Assembly (NCBI RefSeq): GCF_000382065.1
Contig: NZ_KB907503.1
Coordinates: forward strand, 98,682-122,681
Direction: 5' to 3'
DNA from: Stenotrophomonas maltophilia ATCC 19867
GTDB lineage: Bacteria; Pseudomonadota; Gammaproteobacteria; Xanthomonadales; Xanthomonadaceae
DNA: 24,000 bases
In this document: in pieces, positions 1-7,752 of the stretch
Numbering within the stretch: the first letter of the stretch is position 1
How the letters are laid out: every line of letters begins with the position of its first letter
Notes under the pieces: model-generated
The model's database searches: none
The model's input: only the letters and a program-made list of their open reading frames with translations
What the model was told of the DNA's origin: nothing
Position numbers and translations under genes: made by a program

Positions 1-86
1 CTCCCGCGCCACCGCGATTCATGCTGGATAGCTGAAGGGACCCACCGCTTCGCGGGAGGTCTTCATCTTGTTGATCGCGCAAGAAA

Positions 87-115
87 ATGGGCTCCGCCGG
101 TTCGGCGGAGCCCAT
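87..115 (-). terminator. Intrinsic terminator-like hairpin after the 158..364 minus-strand ORF
   Basis: Perfect 12-bp inverted repeat ATGGGCTCCGCC (87-98) / GGCGGAGCCCAT (104-115) with a 5-nt loop. Read on the minus strand, the stem is followed by TTTCTT (86-81). Confidence 0.6.
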
Positions 116-157
116 CTAAGATCATCACAATGCCAGCCCTACTGGCCGCTAGTGCGC

Positions 158-364
158 CTAATTTCGCTGCTCTTCGAGCTCTGCAATTTGGGCCTTCACC
201 AGCTTAAGTGCTTCCTGCACTTCTTCCTCTGTCCCGTTTTCGGCGGCTTTCTGCGCCTCAGCGCGAACTCGGTCGCATTCAGCCTTGAAAACCAGGTCGT
301 CCCAGCCAACCGATTCACTGTGCAATGTGCGAATTGCAGTCTGCAGTTGTCCAACGGCACTCAT
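158..364 (-). CDS. Hypothetical small helical/coiled-coil protein (68 aa from the internal ATG; ORF open to 385)
   Basis: Minus-strand ORF MSAVGQLQTAIRTLH...EEEVQEALKLVKAQIAELEEQRN has a charged, heptad-like C-terminus and is followed by the hairpin at 87-115. The overlapping plus-strand ORF 68..448 is Cys/Leu-rich and looks non-coding. No family recognised. Confidence 0.45.
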   Translation of the reverse strand: MSAVGQLQTAIRTLHSESVGWDDLVFKAECDRVRAEAQKAAENGTEEEVQEALKLVKAQIAELEEQRN

Positions 365-542
365 GAAACACCTATCTGCGAGCAATGGACCGCACCAGCA
401 CGCTGCTGGTACTACAACCCAGCCCTCGCGACTTTCACGCTACCTTAACTTGACCCAGAAAAGCAACTCGGCTTGTCAGCCATCTGGCTCGTAGGCTCCT
501 GATTCGATAGCCGGCGGCTCATTCAAACTTTCACATCGATAT

Positions 543-601
543 TGCGCGCATTTGCGCGCACTATAAGGGCTCCAGGCTCCTTGTGAGCGGAATTACGCGC
601 A
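543..601 (+). promoter_or_regulatory. Putative operator/promoter region of the XRE-family gene: three TGCGCGCA-type palindromes
   Basis: Self-complementary TGCGCGCA at 543-550 and 553-560, in 10-bp register. TACGCGCA at 594-601 abuts the ATG at 603. TATAAG at 562-567 lies between them. Confidence 0.35.
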
Positions 602-602
602 T

Positions 603-896
603 ATGAACGTCAGTCCAGTCCAGTCTCCCGACGAAATTGCCGAAGCTCTAGGAAAGCGATTGAGGTCCAAGAGGCTTGCCGCCAACATTTCTCAAGCAGC
701 ACTCGCCGACAAAGCTGGAATTTCGCGCAGGGCCCTGGTGCAGCTTGAGGGTGGGCAGGGCTCGACCGTTTACACGCTCGTCTGCGTTCTCAAAGCGCTG
801 GGTCTGGATGACCAACTGAGCGCAATCGCGATGGGCCCAACAGTTAGCCCAATGGCTATGCTCAAGATGAAGCGTCTTCGGCAAAGGGCGAGCTAA
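603..896 (+). CDS. XRE-family helix-turn-helix transcriptional regulator, HipB/Y4mF antitoxin-like
   Basis: 97 aa. LRSKRLAANISQAALADKAGISRRALVQLEGGQGSTVYTLVCVLKALGL matches the Cro/C1-type HTH pattern (S/TQ..LA...G.S...i...E.G) and the V..VL.ALGL tail typical of HipB/Y4mF-type antitoxins. No toxin gene follows. Confidence 0.8.
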   Translation: MNVSPVQSPDEIAEALGKRLRSKRLAANISQAALADKAGISRRALVQLEGGQGSTVYTLVCVLKALGLDDQLSAIAMGPTVSPMAMLKMKRLRQRAS

Positions 897-1097
897 CGGC
901 GTTTCTTCGGGGAACGGTTCAACCCCAGTTTTTCGGACACTTACAAGGCCGCGCCGAGGCGACGGCCATCCAAGCCCATGCACGCGAGCTTCAAGCGAAT
1001 AGCCCAACCCAAGGCCTGATAGCCGACCACCACTCTGCCGGCGACATGATCAGCCCGCCGAGCAGGCAAGCGCTCTAATGCAAGGACGCTCAGCCAT

Positions 1098-2051
1098 CTA
1101 GACTGCAGCTTCGACATACCTTGGGAGGTATCTGACCAACTCCGAGTAGGCGCGGAGATCAGGCTCCTTGAAACCGAGCAGCTCGAGCGTCTCATGCTCA
1201 GGCGACGCCTCGTCCCCGGTCACCGCTCTATCAAACAGCGCCCGCTCTCGCTCGGTGAGATGGAACGACCTAATCCTGTACATCGATCCTTGAGGAAGAA
1301 ACGGCAACGAAGAGCTCAGCGCCTTGCGCACCTTCTTCGCCTTGGCCACCGGCAGCAGCCCACCACCGACAGTCACCATCGGCATCGAGTCGGAGTACTC
1401 AACCTGAAGCAGGAACACGAACTCGTTTTCTGCATCACCAGGGAATGCATTCTTAAAAGCAGCAACCAGTATCTTGTGGACCGCTGTGGCAAAAGAGGAC
1501 TTCTCGGTGTCGGCAACCCTCACGCCCCCTGAAAAATCACCCAAATTCTCTTGCAGGTGAGTCAAACGATCCGCTGCGCTGGCACTCTCAATCACTCGCG
1601 GAGGATGACCGGAAACCGTGACAAAGCAGAAGTGACCCGGCTTGGCCCTGGTAGCAACAGATGCGATATCGGCCACCACCTCAGGGCCAATGCCTCCATC
1701 GTAGTCCAGCCACAGCAGCTCCCTCCTCGCCGACCGAACGTTCTGCAAGAAGCCGAGCACTGATTCATTTCTAACTTCGATGAAGCGATAGGGCACGTTG
1801 TACATCGCCCTCTCGTACATCTGGGCGTCATGCTCCAAGCTCACCATCGCCTTTACTCCCAGATGCTTGTGCAGCATCAGGAAGTCGTAAAAGCGATTTG
1901 CGCCCATGCCAATGTACTTGTAGTCACGAATGGGGATGCCGCAGTCACCCGCAACCTTCAACACATCTACCAGAAGGCCGCGCTCGGACTGCTTCGCCGG
2001 CCTAAGATCGTAAGCAATGAATCGCGCAGTAGACTTGGTTGGCCGAGGCAT
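1098..2051 (-). CDS. Hypothetical protein coupled to the GHKL ATPase; weak class-I methyltransferase-like (Rossmann) motif order
   Basis: 317-aa ORF. Its ATG (2049-2051) shares one base with the upstream ATPase stop (minus strand reads TGATG). Motif-like strings YIGMGANRFYDF, SLEHD, IEVRNESVLGFL and LWLDYDGG occur in the order of SAM-MTase motifs I/II/III/IV. This assignment is tentative. Confidence 0.7.
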   Translation of the reverse strand: MPRPTKSTARFIAYDLRPAKQSERGLLVDVLKVAGDCGIPIRDYKYIGMGANRFYDFLMLHKHLGVKAMVSLEHDAQMYERAMYNVPYRFIEVRNESVLGFLQNVRSARRELLWLDYDGGIGPEVVADIASVATRAKPGHFCFVTVSGHPPRVIESASAADRLTHLQENLGDFSGGVRVADTEKSSFATAVHKILVAAFKNAFPGDAENEFVFLLQVEYSDSMPMVTVGGGLLPVAKAKKVRKALSSSLPFLPQGSMYRIRSFHLTERERALFDRAVTGDEASPEHETLELLGFKEPDLRAYSELVRYLPRYVEAAV

Positions 2052-3427
2052 CAGGTCTCTCCGACCTCATTGCGCAGGAAGTAGTTGAACGTATGTCGCC
2101 CAACATCTGATCCCGACATACCCGGCTTCTTCAGATGCTTAGCGATCTTCTCAACCTCAGGCATCAGCGCGTCGTACTGAATCTTGACCGTTGGGATCAC
2201 CTTTCTCTTAGGCGTCTTGAAGGCCTTGGGCTTTGCTACCGCGGCAGCCAAGACGCTTACCCGTTCCGGACCGGAGGCGGTCTGTAGATCGTTGGCATCC
2301 ACCTCAGTTCCGACATCGGAGTAGCGAGAGTCCAAATAAGACACGACCTCGCGCCCGACGGCGGCCATCTCGCGCTTAGCCGTCTGCCAAGTCGAAGAGT
2401 CTTCATTGATTCCCGATTTGGTCGTCGTCCAAGGCAGCTTCTCCGGGTCCTCGGCGACAAAGAAGACCGTCCCCAAGAACGGTCGGTGCTTAGGCTGGAA
2501 GATGGGAATGGCGCCACCGCCCCAGCCGGTCAGTGCGGTCTTATCAGCCGAAACGACAGCTCGGCCATTGCAGAAGACGAACCAACCAGAAGACTTCTCG
2601 CGATACTTTCCCGCAACCGGCACACCCAAGCCCGCAGAGATTGTGCAGGTCACATCATTGATCTTCACCTGTTTGGTGGCGTGATTCTCGCTGAGATCGA
2701 TGCTGGTGCCTTCCACCTGCTCATCATTGAGGCTGATGGTGACCAGCTTACCCAAGTAATAGGAGTAGGTACGAGAGATGGCATCTCTCAGCTGCCCGTC
2801 AAAGACACCATCATTGACGCGCCGCTTTACTTCGTCGTACAGCTCAGTGACGGTAATGGTCGTACCTGTCTCGCCTGCAGGAACCGGATCTCGCTTGGTG
2901 ATCTTGAAGGTCCATTCACTGCCTTTGACTTTCGACCACTCCGACACGTTCAAGGCCAGGTCAAAGCCTCCATCAACGTGATCAGACCGCATATGGATAA
3001 CGTTGCCGAGCTTGAAGATCGCCCGCTTAAGGCCGATGCCATAGACTGACAAACGGTCTGTTACGCTTGCTGGCTCATCGCCCCGTCCAAATTTAAACAC
3101 GTGGTCCTTGGCGGTCTGAGCCGAGATGCCAGTTGCAGTGTCGACGATGACAACAGACTGATCAGAAATCTCCAAAGAGATTGAAGCCGATGGCTTTACC
3201 TTTGGGTCATCTTTGAGCTTCAGATAGTCATGCGCCGTCTTCAGCCGAGCCGCGTAGGGCTCGGCAGCCGCATTGATGGAGTTATCTACAAGATCAAGAA
3301 ACGCCGCGACCAGGGGGATGTCCCTGGTCAGCAGGGAGATAAATAGTCGCTTCTCCGGACTGGCGTCCGCTGCAAGAACTTCGTTCACCTCGGATCCCCC
3401 ATGACAGCCCGTTGCGAATGCACTCAT
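2051..3427 (-). CDS. GHKL-superfamily (MORC/HATPase_c_3-like) ATPase
   Basis: Bergerat-fold motifs in order: N-box-like FLDLVDNSINAA, G1-like VIVDTATGIS, G2-like SVYGIGLKRAIFKLG. Start set at the only ATG upstream of the conserved region (MSAFATG..., 3425-3427). The ORF is open to 3574, but that version would overlap the divergent gene. Confidence 0.8.
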   Translation of the reverse strand: MSAFATGCHGGSEVNEVLAADASPEKRLFISLLTRDIPLVAAFLDLVDNSINAAAEPYAARLKTAHDYLKLKDDPKVKPSASISLEISDQSVVIVDTATGISAQTAKDHVFKFGRGDEPASVTDRLSVYGIGLKRAIFKLGNVIHMRSDHVDGGFDLALNVSEWSKVKGSEWTFKITKRDPVPAGETGTTITVTELYDEVKRRVNDGVFDGQLRDAISRTYSYYLGKLVTISLNDEQVEGTSIDLSENHATKQVKINDVTCTISAGLGVPVAGKYREKSSGWFVFCNGRAVVSADKTALTGWGGGAIPIFQPKHRPFLGTVFFVAEDPEKLPWTTTKSGINEDSSTWQTAKREMAAVGREVVSYLDSRYSDVGTEVDANDLQTASGPERVSVLAAAVAKPKAFKTPKRKVIPTVKIQYDALMPEVEKIAKHLKKPGMSGSDVGRHTFNYFLRNEVGET

Positions 3428-3594
3428 TGAGTGTATCGCCGGGACGGCTCGTTCGCCATATGCCTGGGACAGCGTTAGAAATCCAGTGCCGCATGTAGGA
3501 ATTTCCCTACAGCAAGGACAGAGTTTACGTGTGCAACAATCGCGCTGCCCCGTTAAGGGGATCGATTCACGCACACACTCGACAGGGGAAGGCA

Positions 3595-4938
3595 GTGAGC
3601 ATCATTTTCAAGGTAATGGATCCCGAAGCCCGGACGGAGCTCATCAGGGATCTGACTGAAGAAGCTATCGCTAAGCGGCAGTACCAGAAAGAGTTCAAGT
3701 TCCGAGCCGGCATGGAGCTTCCTGTCATTGCCGTTCCGATCGAGTTGCCGGTCTATCGCCTGGAGAACTATCGCACTCGCGACCAGCAGCTGACGCTGAT
3801 CGCCAAGCGGGAGAAAGAGGACGGCCTGTTTGATGTAAGCAACACTGAGAATCCCGAGTCGCAGCTGGCGCAGCACGCCATCCTGCTGAAGCAGTCAAAG
3901 GACGGGAGTGGAGAGACCATCAAGCCCATCCATCAGGAGCTTGGCCGCGTCGGCCAACAGACGGAAAACCTGATCATCTCTGCCACCGGCATTGTAGTGA
4001 ATGGAAACCGCCGATTGGCGGCAATGCGAGACCTGCGCGGGCAGAGGTCTGAGGGCTCGGATCCGTTCAAGTACGTCAACTGCATGGTCTTACCAGCGTC
4101 GGCCACTCCGAGGGAAATTCGCGAGCTCGAGATTGCATTGCAGATGCAGCCTGAGACGAAGCTGCCCTACAACTGGACTGCTCTTGGCCGTGCGGTGCGA
4201 GACATGCTCGATGCGAACTACTCCTATGAAGAGATCGAGCGGCAAACGAACCGTAGCAGGAGCGAGCTGGACCGGGCTGCCGCAATGGTCACTGCCGCGG
4301 AGCTCTACCTGGCCTCCTGGCTGGAGAAGCCCCAGGACTTCAGCAAGCTTGACGATACCGAGCAGGCATTTGCCCAAGTAGTAGTGCGAAATTATGCCAA
4401 GCAGGACGACGCGCAGCTTCGGGAAGCCACGCGCAAGTTCGACTTCTTTGTGATTGAGCATCGCGACTTCATTAGTGATAGCGCTTACAAGCTCATCAAC
4501 GCAATTGAATCCAACCCCGAGATATTCCTGACCAACATGGCCAAGGAGTTGGACGTTGACCTCGCCCCACTTCAGGATGCGTCCGAAGAGGTGCTGGAGA
4601 TCGACTTCGGAGTTGGAGCTGATGGCGTAGCCCCTGTCAGCTACGACGCCCTGATCGATAGTCTGATGGTCGGCCGCGGTGATAAGGTCAGAGCGAAGCA
4701 ACTGATCAGTACCATCGAGGAAGTAGCCTTCGCAGCGGTTGAGCAAGGCAGGGCCCGAGACAAGGCCGCGCTCAAGTTGGTCCAGGCGGCCGAGCGAAAG
4801 CTCTCCCAGGTCGACATCAACTCAGCTGGCACCGATACCTATGCTGAAATTCTTGATCTGCTTGATCGCTGCGTAGCTCGCATTGAAAGCATCCGTAACG
4901 AGATCGGACTTCAGAATCGCGCCGGGGGCACCCATTGA
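3595..4938 (+). CDS. ParB/sulfiredoxin-like N-terminal-domain protein with a long helical C-terminal region
   Basis: LPVYRLENYRTRDQ and IVVNGNRRLAAMRDL (GNRR codons 4003-4014) match the ParB N-terminal GxRR box. GTG at 3595 is preceded by AGGGGAAGG; the alternative ATG is at 3616. The stop overlaps the next gene's start (TTGA at 4935-4938). Confidence 0.78.
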   Translation: MSIIFKVMDPEARTELIRDLTEEAIAKRQYQKEFKFRAGMELPVIAVPIELPVYRLENYRTRDQQLTLIAKREKEDGLFDVSNTENPESQLAQHAILLKQSKDGSGETIKPIHQELGRVGQQTENLIISATGIVVNGNRRLAAMRDLRGQRSEGSDPFKYVNCMVLPASATPREIRELEIALQMQPETKLPYNWTALGRAVRDMLDANYSYEEIERQTNRSRSELDRAAAMVTAAELYLASWLEKPQDFSKLDDTEQAFAQVVVRNYAKQDDAQLREATRKFDFFVIEHRDFISDSAYKLINAIESNPEIFLTNMAKELDVDLAPLQDASEEVLEIDFGVGADGVAPVSYDALIDSLMVGRGDKVRAKQLISTIEEVAFAAVEQGRARDKAALKLVQAAERKLSQVDINSAGTDTYAEILDLLDRCVARIESIRNEIGLQNRAGGTH

Positions 4939-6836
4939 GCCAACCAGCGATCGTTCTTTCGTACAACACGGTCGACCGAAGCGGCGTGTTCCGTCGAGGC
5001 ACCGGGGTCCCTAGCGATGCCTGGACCAGGCTTAAAGCTGTTGCGCAGGAAATGGATGCGGGAAGCAGAAGTGTCGGCGATGAGCTGGAAGTCCATTGGC
5101 CAGCAGCACTTAGTCTGCTGAGAGCGCTTCACACCTTGCAGAAGTCACACGGCTTTCGCTTCACCACCGACGACTCCTCCGGGGAGAGAGTCCAGCAGTT
5201 CATGCGGGACTTCCGCGCCACCCAGGAGGCGGGCGGCAGAAGCACTACCATTGATGCGCAAGAGCTCGCTGCAAGGCTTACCGCACTGGGATGGAACAAC
5301 CAGACGCATAAGCTCAAGCCCTACCAGTTGGACAATCTCGCAACGCTGCTGTCCATACGTAATGGAGCCAATTTCTCTGTCCCTGGCGCAGGCAAGACGA
5401 CCGTTACGTTCGCACTGCACTTGCTAGCCCGAAGCCCTGGCGACATCCTGATCGTTGCCGCCCCGAAGAACGCGTTTCCCGCCTGGGAGGGCATCGCAGA
5501 GGAGTGCTTGCTGCCGACGGCGGACGAGGAGCTGATGGAGGAATTCATCCCGCTGGTTGATGGCGAGGTGCGTATCCGTGCCGCCCTTGAAGGCGGCGGA
5601 CGTCGCTTCCTCATCTCCTATGATCAGCTGGTGCGGGTCGAGGCTACCTTTGCTCAGTTCATTGCCACCCACCCAGTGCACTTGGTCCTCGACGAATCGC
5701 ATCGCATGAAGGCCGGTTACAACTCACTTCGTGGCGCCAGCTTGCTGCGAATGGCCCACCTTGCTGTGAGGCGCGACATCTTGACAGGCACCCCGATGCC
5801 TCAGTCCAGCTCGGACATGCAATCTCAGCTGGATTTCCTGTGGCCGGGTGTCGGGTTGGGCTGGAAGGTGGCCGCAGGCACTGAGCCTCGAAAGGTGATG
5901 GATGGACTCTATGTCCGGACAACCAAGACACAGCTCGGCCTGCCTGAGAGGCGCCGTGAGTTTGTCCAAGCGACCCTCTCCGATGCCCACTGCGCGTTCT
6001 ACTCTGTCCTTAAGGATGACCTACGGTCTAGGGCGAGCTTGCTTCGGAAAGGGCGGACATCCCAGTCCCTCATCGCGGCCCGACGCTCTGTGGTAAGGCT
6101 TTTGCAGGCAGCTGTCGATCCCACCCTGGTCGCAGAGACGATCGATGACTTGGCAAGCCAAAACGCCAATGGGTTGCTGCGAGCAGTTCAGGCGGAAGCG
6201 CTCAATGGGCGAATTCGAGCCGCTGTGGATCTGGCCGAACGCTTGATCAGTGAGGGCAAGAAGGTGCTGATCTGGACCATCTTTACCTCTACGGTCCGCA
6301 AGCTGCGCGATGTTCTTGCCCACCACAACCCTGCCCTAATCTATGGCGAAATCGGCATGGGTGAGGCAGATGACCTGAGCACGCGCCAAGGCAACCTGGC
6401 CCGCTTCAAGAATGATCCCAATTGCCGCGTGATGATCGCCAACCCTGCGGCGGCCTCGGAGGGCATCAGCCTGCACATGCATTGCCACGATGCAATCTAC
6501 GTGGATCGTAGCTACAACGCGACCCACTTCCTCCAGTCCATCGACCGAATTCACCGACTGGGGCTGCCGGCCGATGTCGTCACTACGGTGTACGTCATCC
6601 AGAACCGGCTACCGGCTGGAATCGGCTCGATCGACGTGTCCGTTAGCCGGCGTCTGGGCCAGAAGATCCGAGCGATGGAGAAGCTTCTGGAGGATCCGGA
6701 CCTGAATGATCTTGCCCTGGACGAGGAAAACGCTCCGGCATCGCTGGCAGATGAGCTCGACGCCGAGGATATCGATGACATCATCGCCGAGCTCGAGGGC
6801 AATCCCCCTCCGGCAACTGACGAGGATCTGGTGTGA
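4935..6836 (+). CDS. SNF2-family (SF2) helicase/translocase
   Basis: Motif I VPGAGKTT (Lys codon 5394-5396), motif II LVLDESHRMK (DESH 5691-5702), motif V-like MIANPAAASEGISLH, motif VI QSIDRIHRLGL. TTG start overlaps the upstream stop. The C-terminal tail is acidic. Confidence 0.9.
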   Translation: MSQPAIVLSYNTVDRSGVFRRGTGVPSDAWTRLKAVAQEMDAGSRSVGDELEVHWPAALSLLRALHTLQKSHGFRFTTDDSSGERVQQFMRDFRATQEAGGRSTTIDAQELAARLTALGWNNQTHKLKPYQLDNLATLLSIRNGANFSVPGAGKTTVTFALHLLARSPGDILIVAAPKNAFPAWEGIAEECLLPTADEELMEEFIPLVDGEVRIRAALEGGGRRFLISYDQLVRVEATFAQFIATHPVHLVLDESHRMKAGYNSLRGASLLRMAHLAVRRDILTGTPMPQSSSDMQSQLDFLWPGVGLGWKVAAGTEPRKVMDGLYVRTTKTQLGLPERRREFVQATLSDAHCAFYSVLKDDLRSRASLLRKGRTSQSLIAARRSVVRLLQAAVDPTLVAETIDDLASQNANGLLRAVQAEALNGRIRAAVDLAERLISEGKKVLIWTIFTSTVRKLRDVLAHHNPALIYGEIGMGEADDLSTRQGNLARFKNDPNCRVMIANPAAASEGISLHMHCHDAIYVDRSYNATHFLQSIDRIHRLGLPADVVTTVYVIQNRLPAGIGSIDVSVSRRLGQKIRAMEKLLEDPDLNDLALDEENAPASLADELDAEDIDDIIAELEGNPPPATDEDLV

Positions 6837-7663
6837 ACCGGGAGGCCGCTGCGGCCTCCTTTCTAAAGCCCTCGGTGGTATCTGGGCTGGCGCTACTGCG
6901 CAAGCGGGCCGCTCAGGCGCCGGGTCAGCCATGGGAGGTCACCGTTCGCTTGGCCGCGGCAAGCCATCAGGGGCAAGGGGTTGATCTTGATCGCGCGTGC
7001 CAGCTGCATGAGCTGTTGCCTGCTGACCTGGTGGACAGTCCCGGCTTGTATCGAGCGGCCATACTGCTCACAGCCAAGCAGCTGCCTCCGTGGCTGGGGC
7101 AGCTCCGATCGGGGCGGGAGTTTCTCAGCGACGCCGGCGCGGATCTGCGCTCCTGTTTTGAGAGGGCGGGCGCGCTGGATGCGGCACCCGATCAGACGGT
7201 CATCAGCTGGTGGGACGACTTGGCAGGCCTGGCCTACGGTACGTTGAACCAGGCCAAGATGGACGTAGGCAGACGTGCGGAGCGCCTCAGCTTGGAAAGG
7301 GAGCAAAGGCGGCTGGAGTCTTTCCCCGGGCATCCTCCGATCCAGTGGACTGCCCTGGACTCCAACGCCGCCGGCTATGACATCCTTTCCTGGTCAAAGC
7401 GGGATGGCCATTGGTATCCGATGTACCTAGAGGTCAAAGGCTTTAGCACCTCCCCGGCCAAGCTCTACCTGACCCGAAACGAGTGGGAAACGGCCAAGCG
7501 CCTTGCCGATGACTTCCACTTTCAAGTGTGGGATGTGGGCTCGAACAGGATGGCCCAGCTATCCACAAGCCAAATGCTTCCCCATGTTCCATCGGACGAG
7601 GGCATGGGTCGGTGGGAGGTGCTCTGTGTCGAGGTTTCTGAGGACTTTTTCACCCCCGCGTAA
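6833..7663 (+). CDS. DUF3883 (NOV C-terminal)-like protein, restriction-endonuclease-fold PD-(D/E)xK candidate nuclease
   Basis: GRRAERLSLEREQRRL...AAGYDILSW...MYLEVKGF...LYLTRNEWETAKRLADDFHFQVWDV follows the DUF3883 pattern. Candidate catalytic residues are D183 (7379-7381), E200 (7430-7432) and K202 (7436-7438). GTG start overlaps the SNF2 stop (GTGA 6833-6836), with GAGGA 6 nt upstream. Confidence 0.75.
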   Translation: MNREAAAASFLKPSVVSGLALLRKRAAQAPGQPWEVTVRLAAASHQGQGVDLDRACQLHELLPADLVDSPGLYRAAILLTAKQLPPWLGQLRSGREFLSDAGADLRSCFERAGALDAAPDQTVISWWDDLAGLAYGTLNQAKMDVGRRAERLSLEREQRRLESFPGHPPIQWTALDSNAAGYDILSWSKRDGHWYPMYLEVKGFSTSPAKLYLTRNEWETAKRLADDFHFQVWDVGSNRMAQLSTSQMLPHVPSDEGMGRWEVLCVEVSEDFFTPA

Positions 7664-7700
7664 CCCTCCTCCTTGTCCCTCAAGGGCTTGACCGGGTAAC

Positions 7701-7746
7701 TTGCGCCCAAGACAGGGAGATCTATAATTCTGGCAGATCTTAGGAG
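7701..7746 (+). promoter_or_regulatory. Sigma70-like promoter and RBS of the methyltransferase gene, flanked by two AGATCT palindromes
   Basis: TTGCGC (7701-7706), 16-nt spacer, TATAAT (7723-7728). AGATCT at 7718-7723 overlaps the upstream edge of the -10, and AGATCT at 7735-7740 sits near the predicted +1. AGGAG (7742-7746) lies 6 nt before the ATG at 7753. Confidence 0.55.
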
Positions 7747-7752
7747 CAGAGC

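Noticed and set aside
68-448. 126-aa plus-strand ORF overlapping the 158..385 minus-strand ORF
   Set aside because: The translation is Cys/Leu/Phe-rich with no domain-like pattern. It runs through the terminator hairpin at 87-115. The antisense ORF gives a plausible charged helical protein.
897-1097. Possible HipA-type toxin remnant downstream of the HipB-like HTH gene
   Set aside because: I translated all three forward frames by eye. None resembles a HipA N-terminus, and each is interrupted or low-complexity. I treat the region as non-coding.
3428-3594. Longer start choices: GTG at 3574 for the GHKL ATPase and ATG at 3529 for the ParB-like gene
   Set aside because: The two extensions would overlap each other head-to-head. 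They encode Cys/Arg-rich sequence lacking SDs. The conserved domains start well downstream, so shorter starts were chosen.
2486-4746. Long antisense ORFs inside the GHKL ATPase (2486..3049, 187 aa) and the ParB-like gene (4090..4746, 218 aa)
   Set aside because: They lie fully within better-supported genes on the other strand. Their composition is Arg/Gly/Leu-rich, as expected for antisense frames in GC-rich DNA. No motifs were seen.
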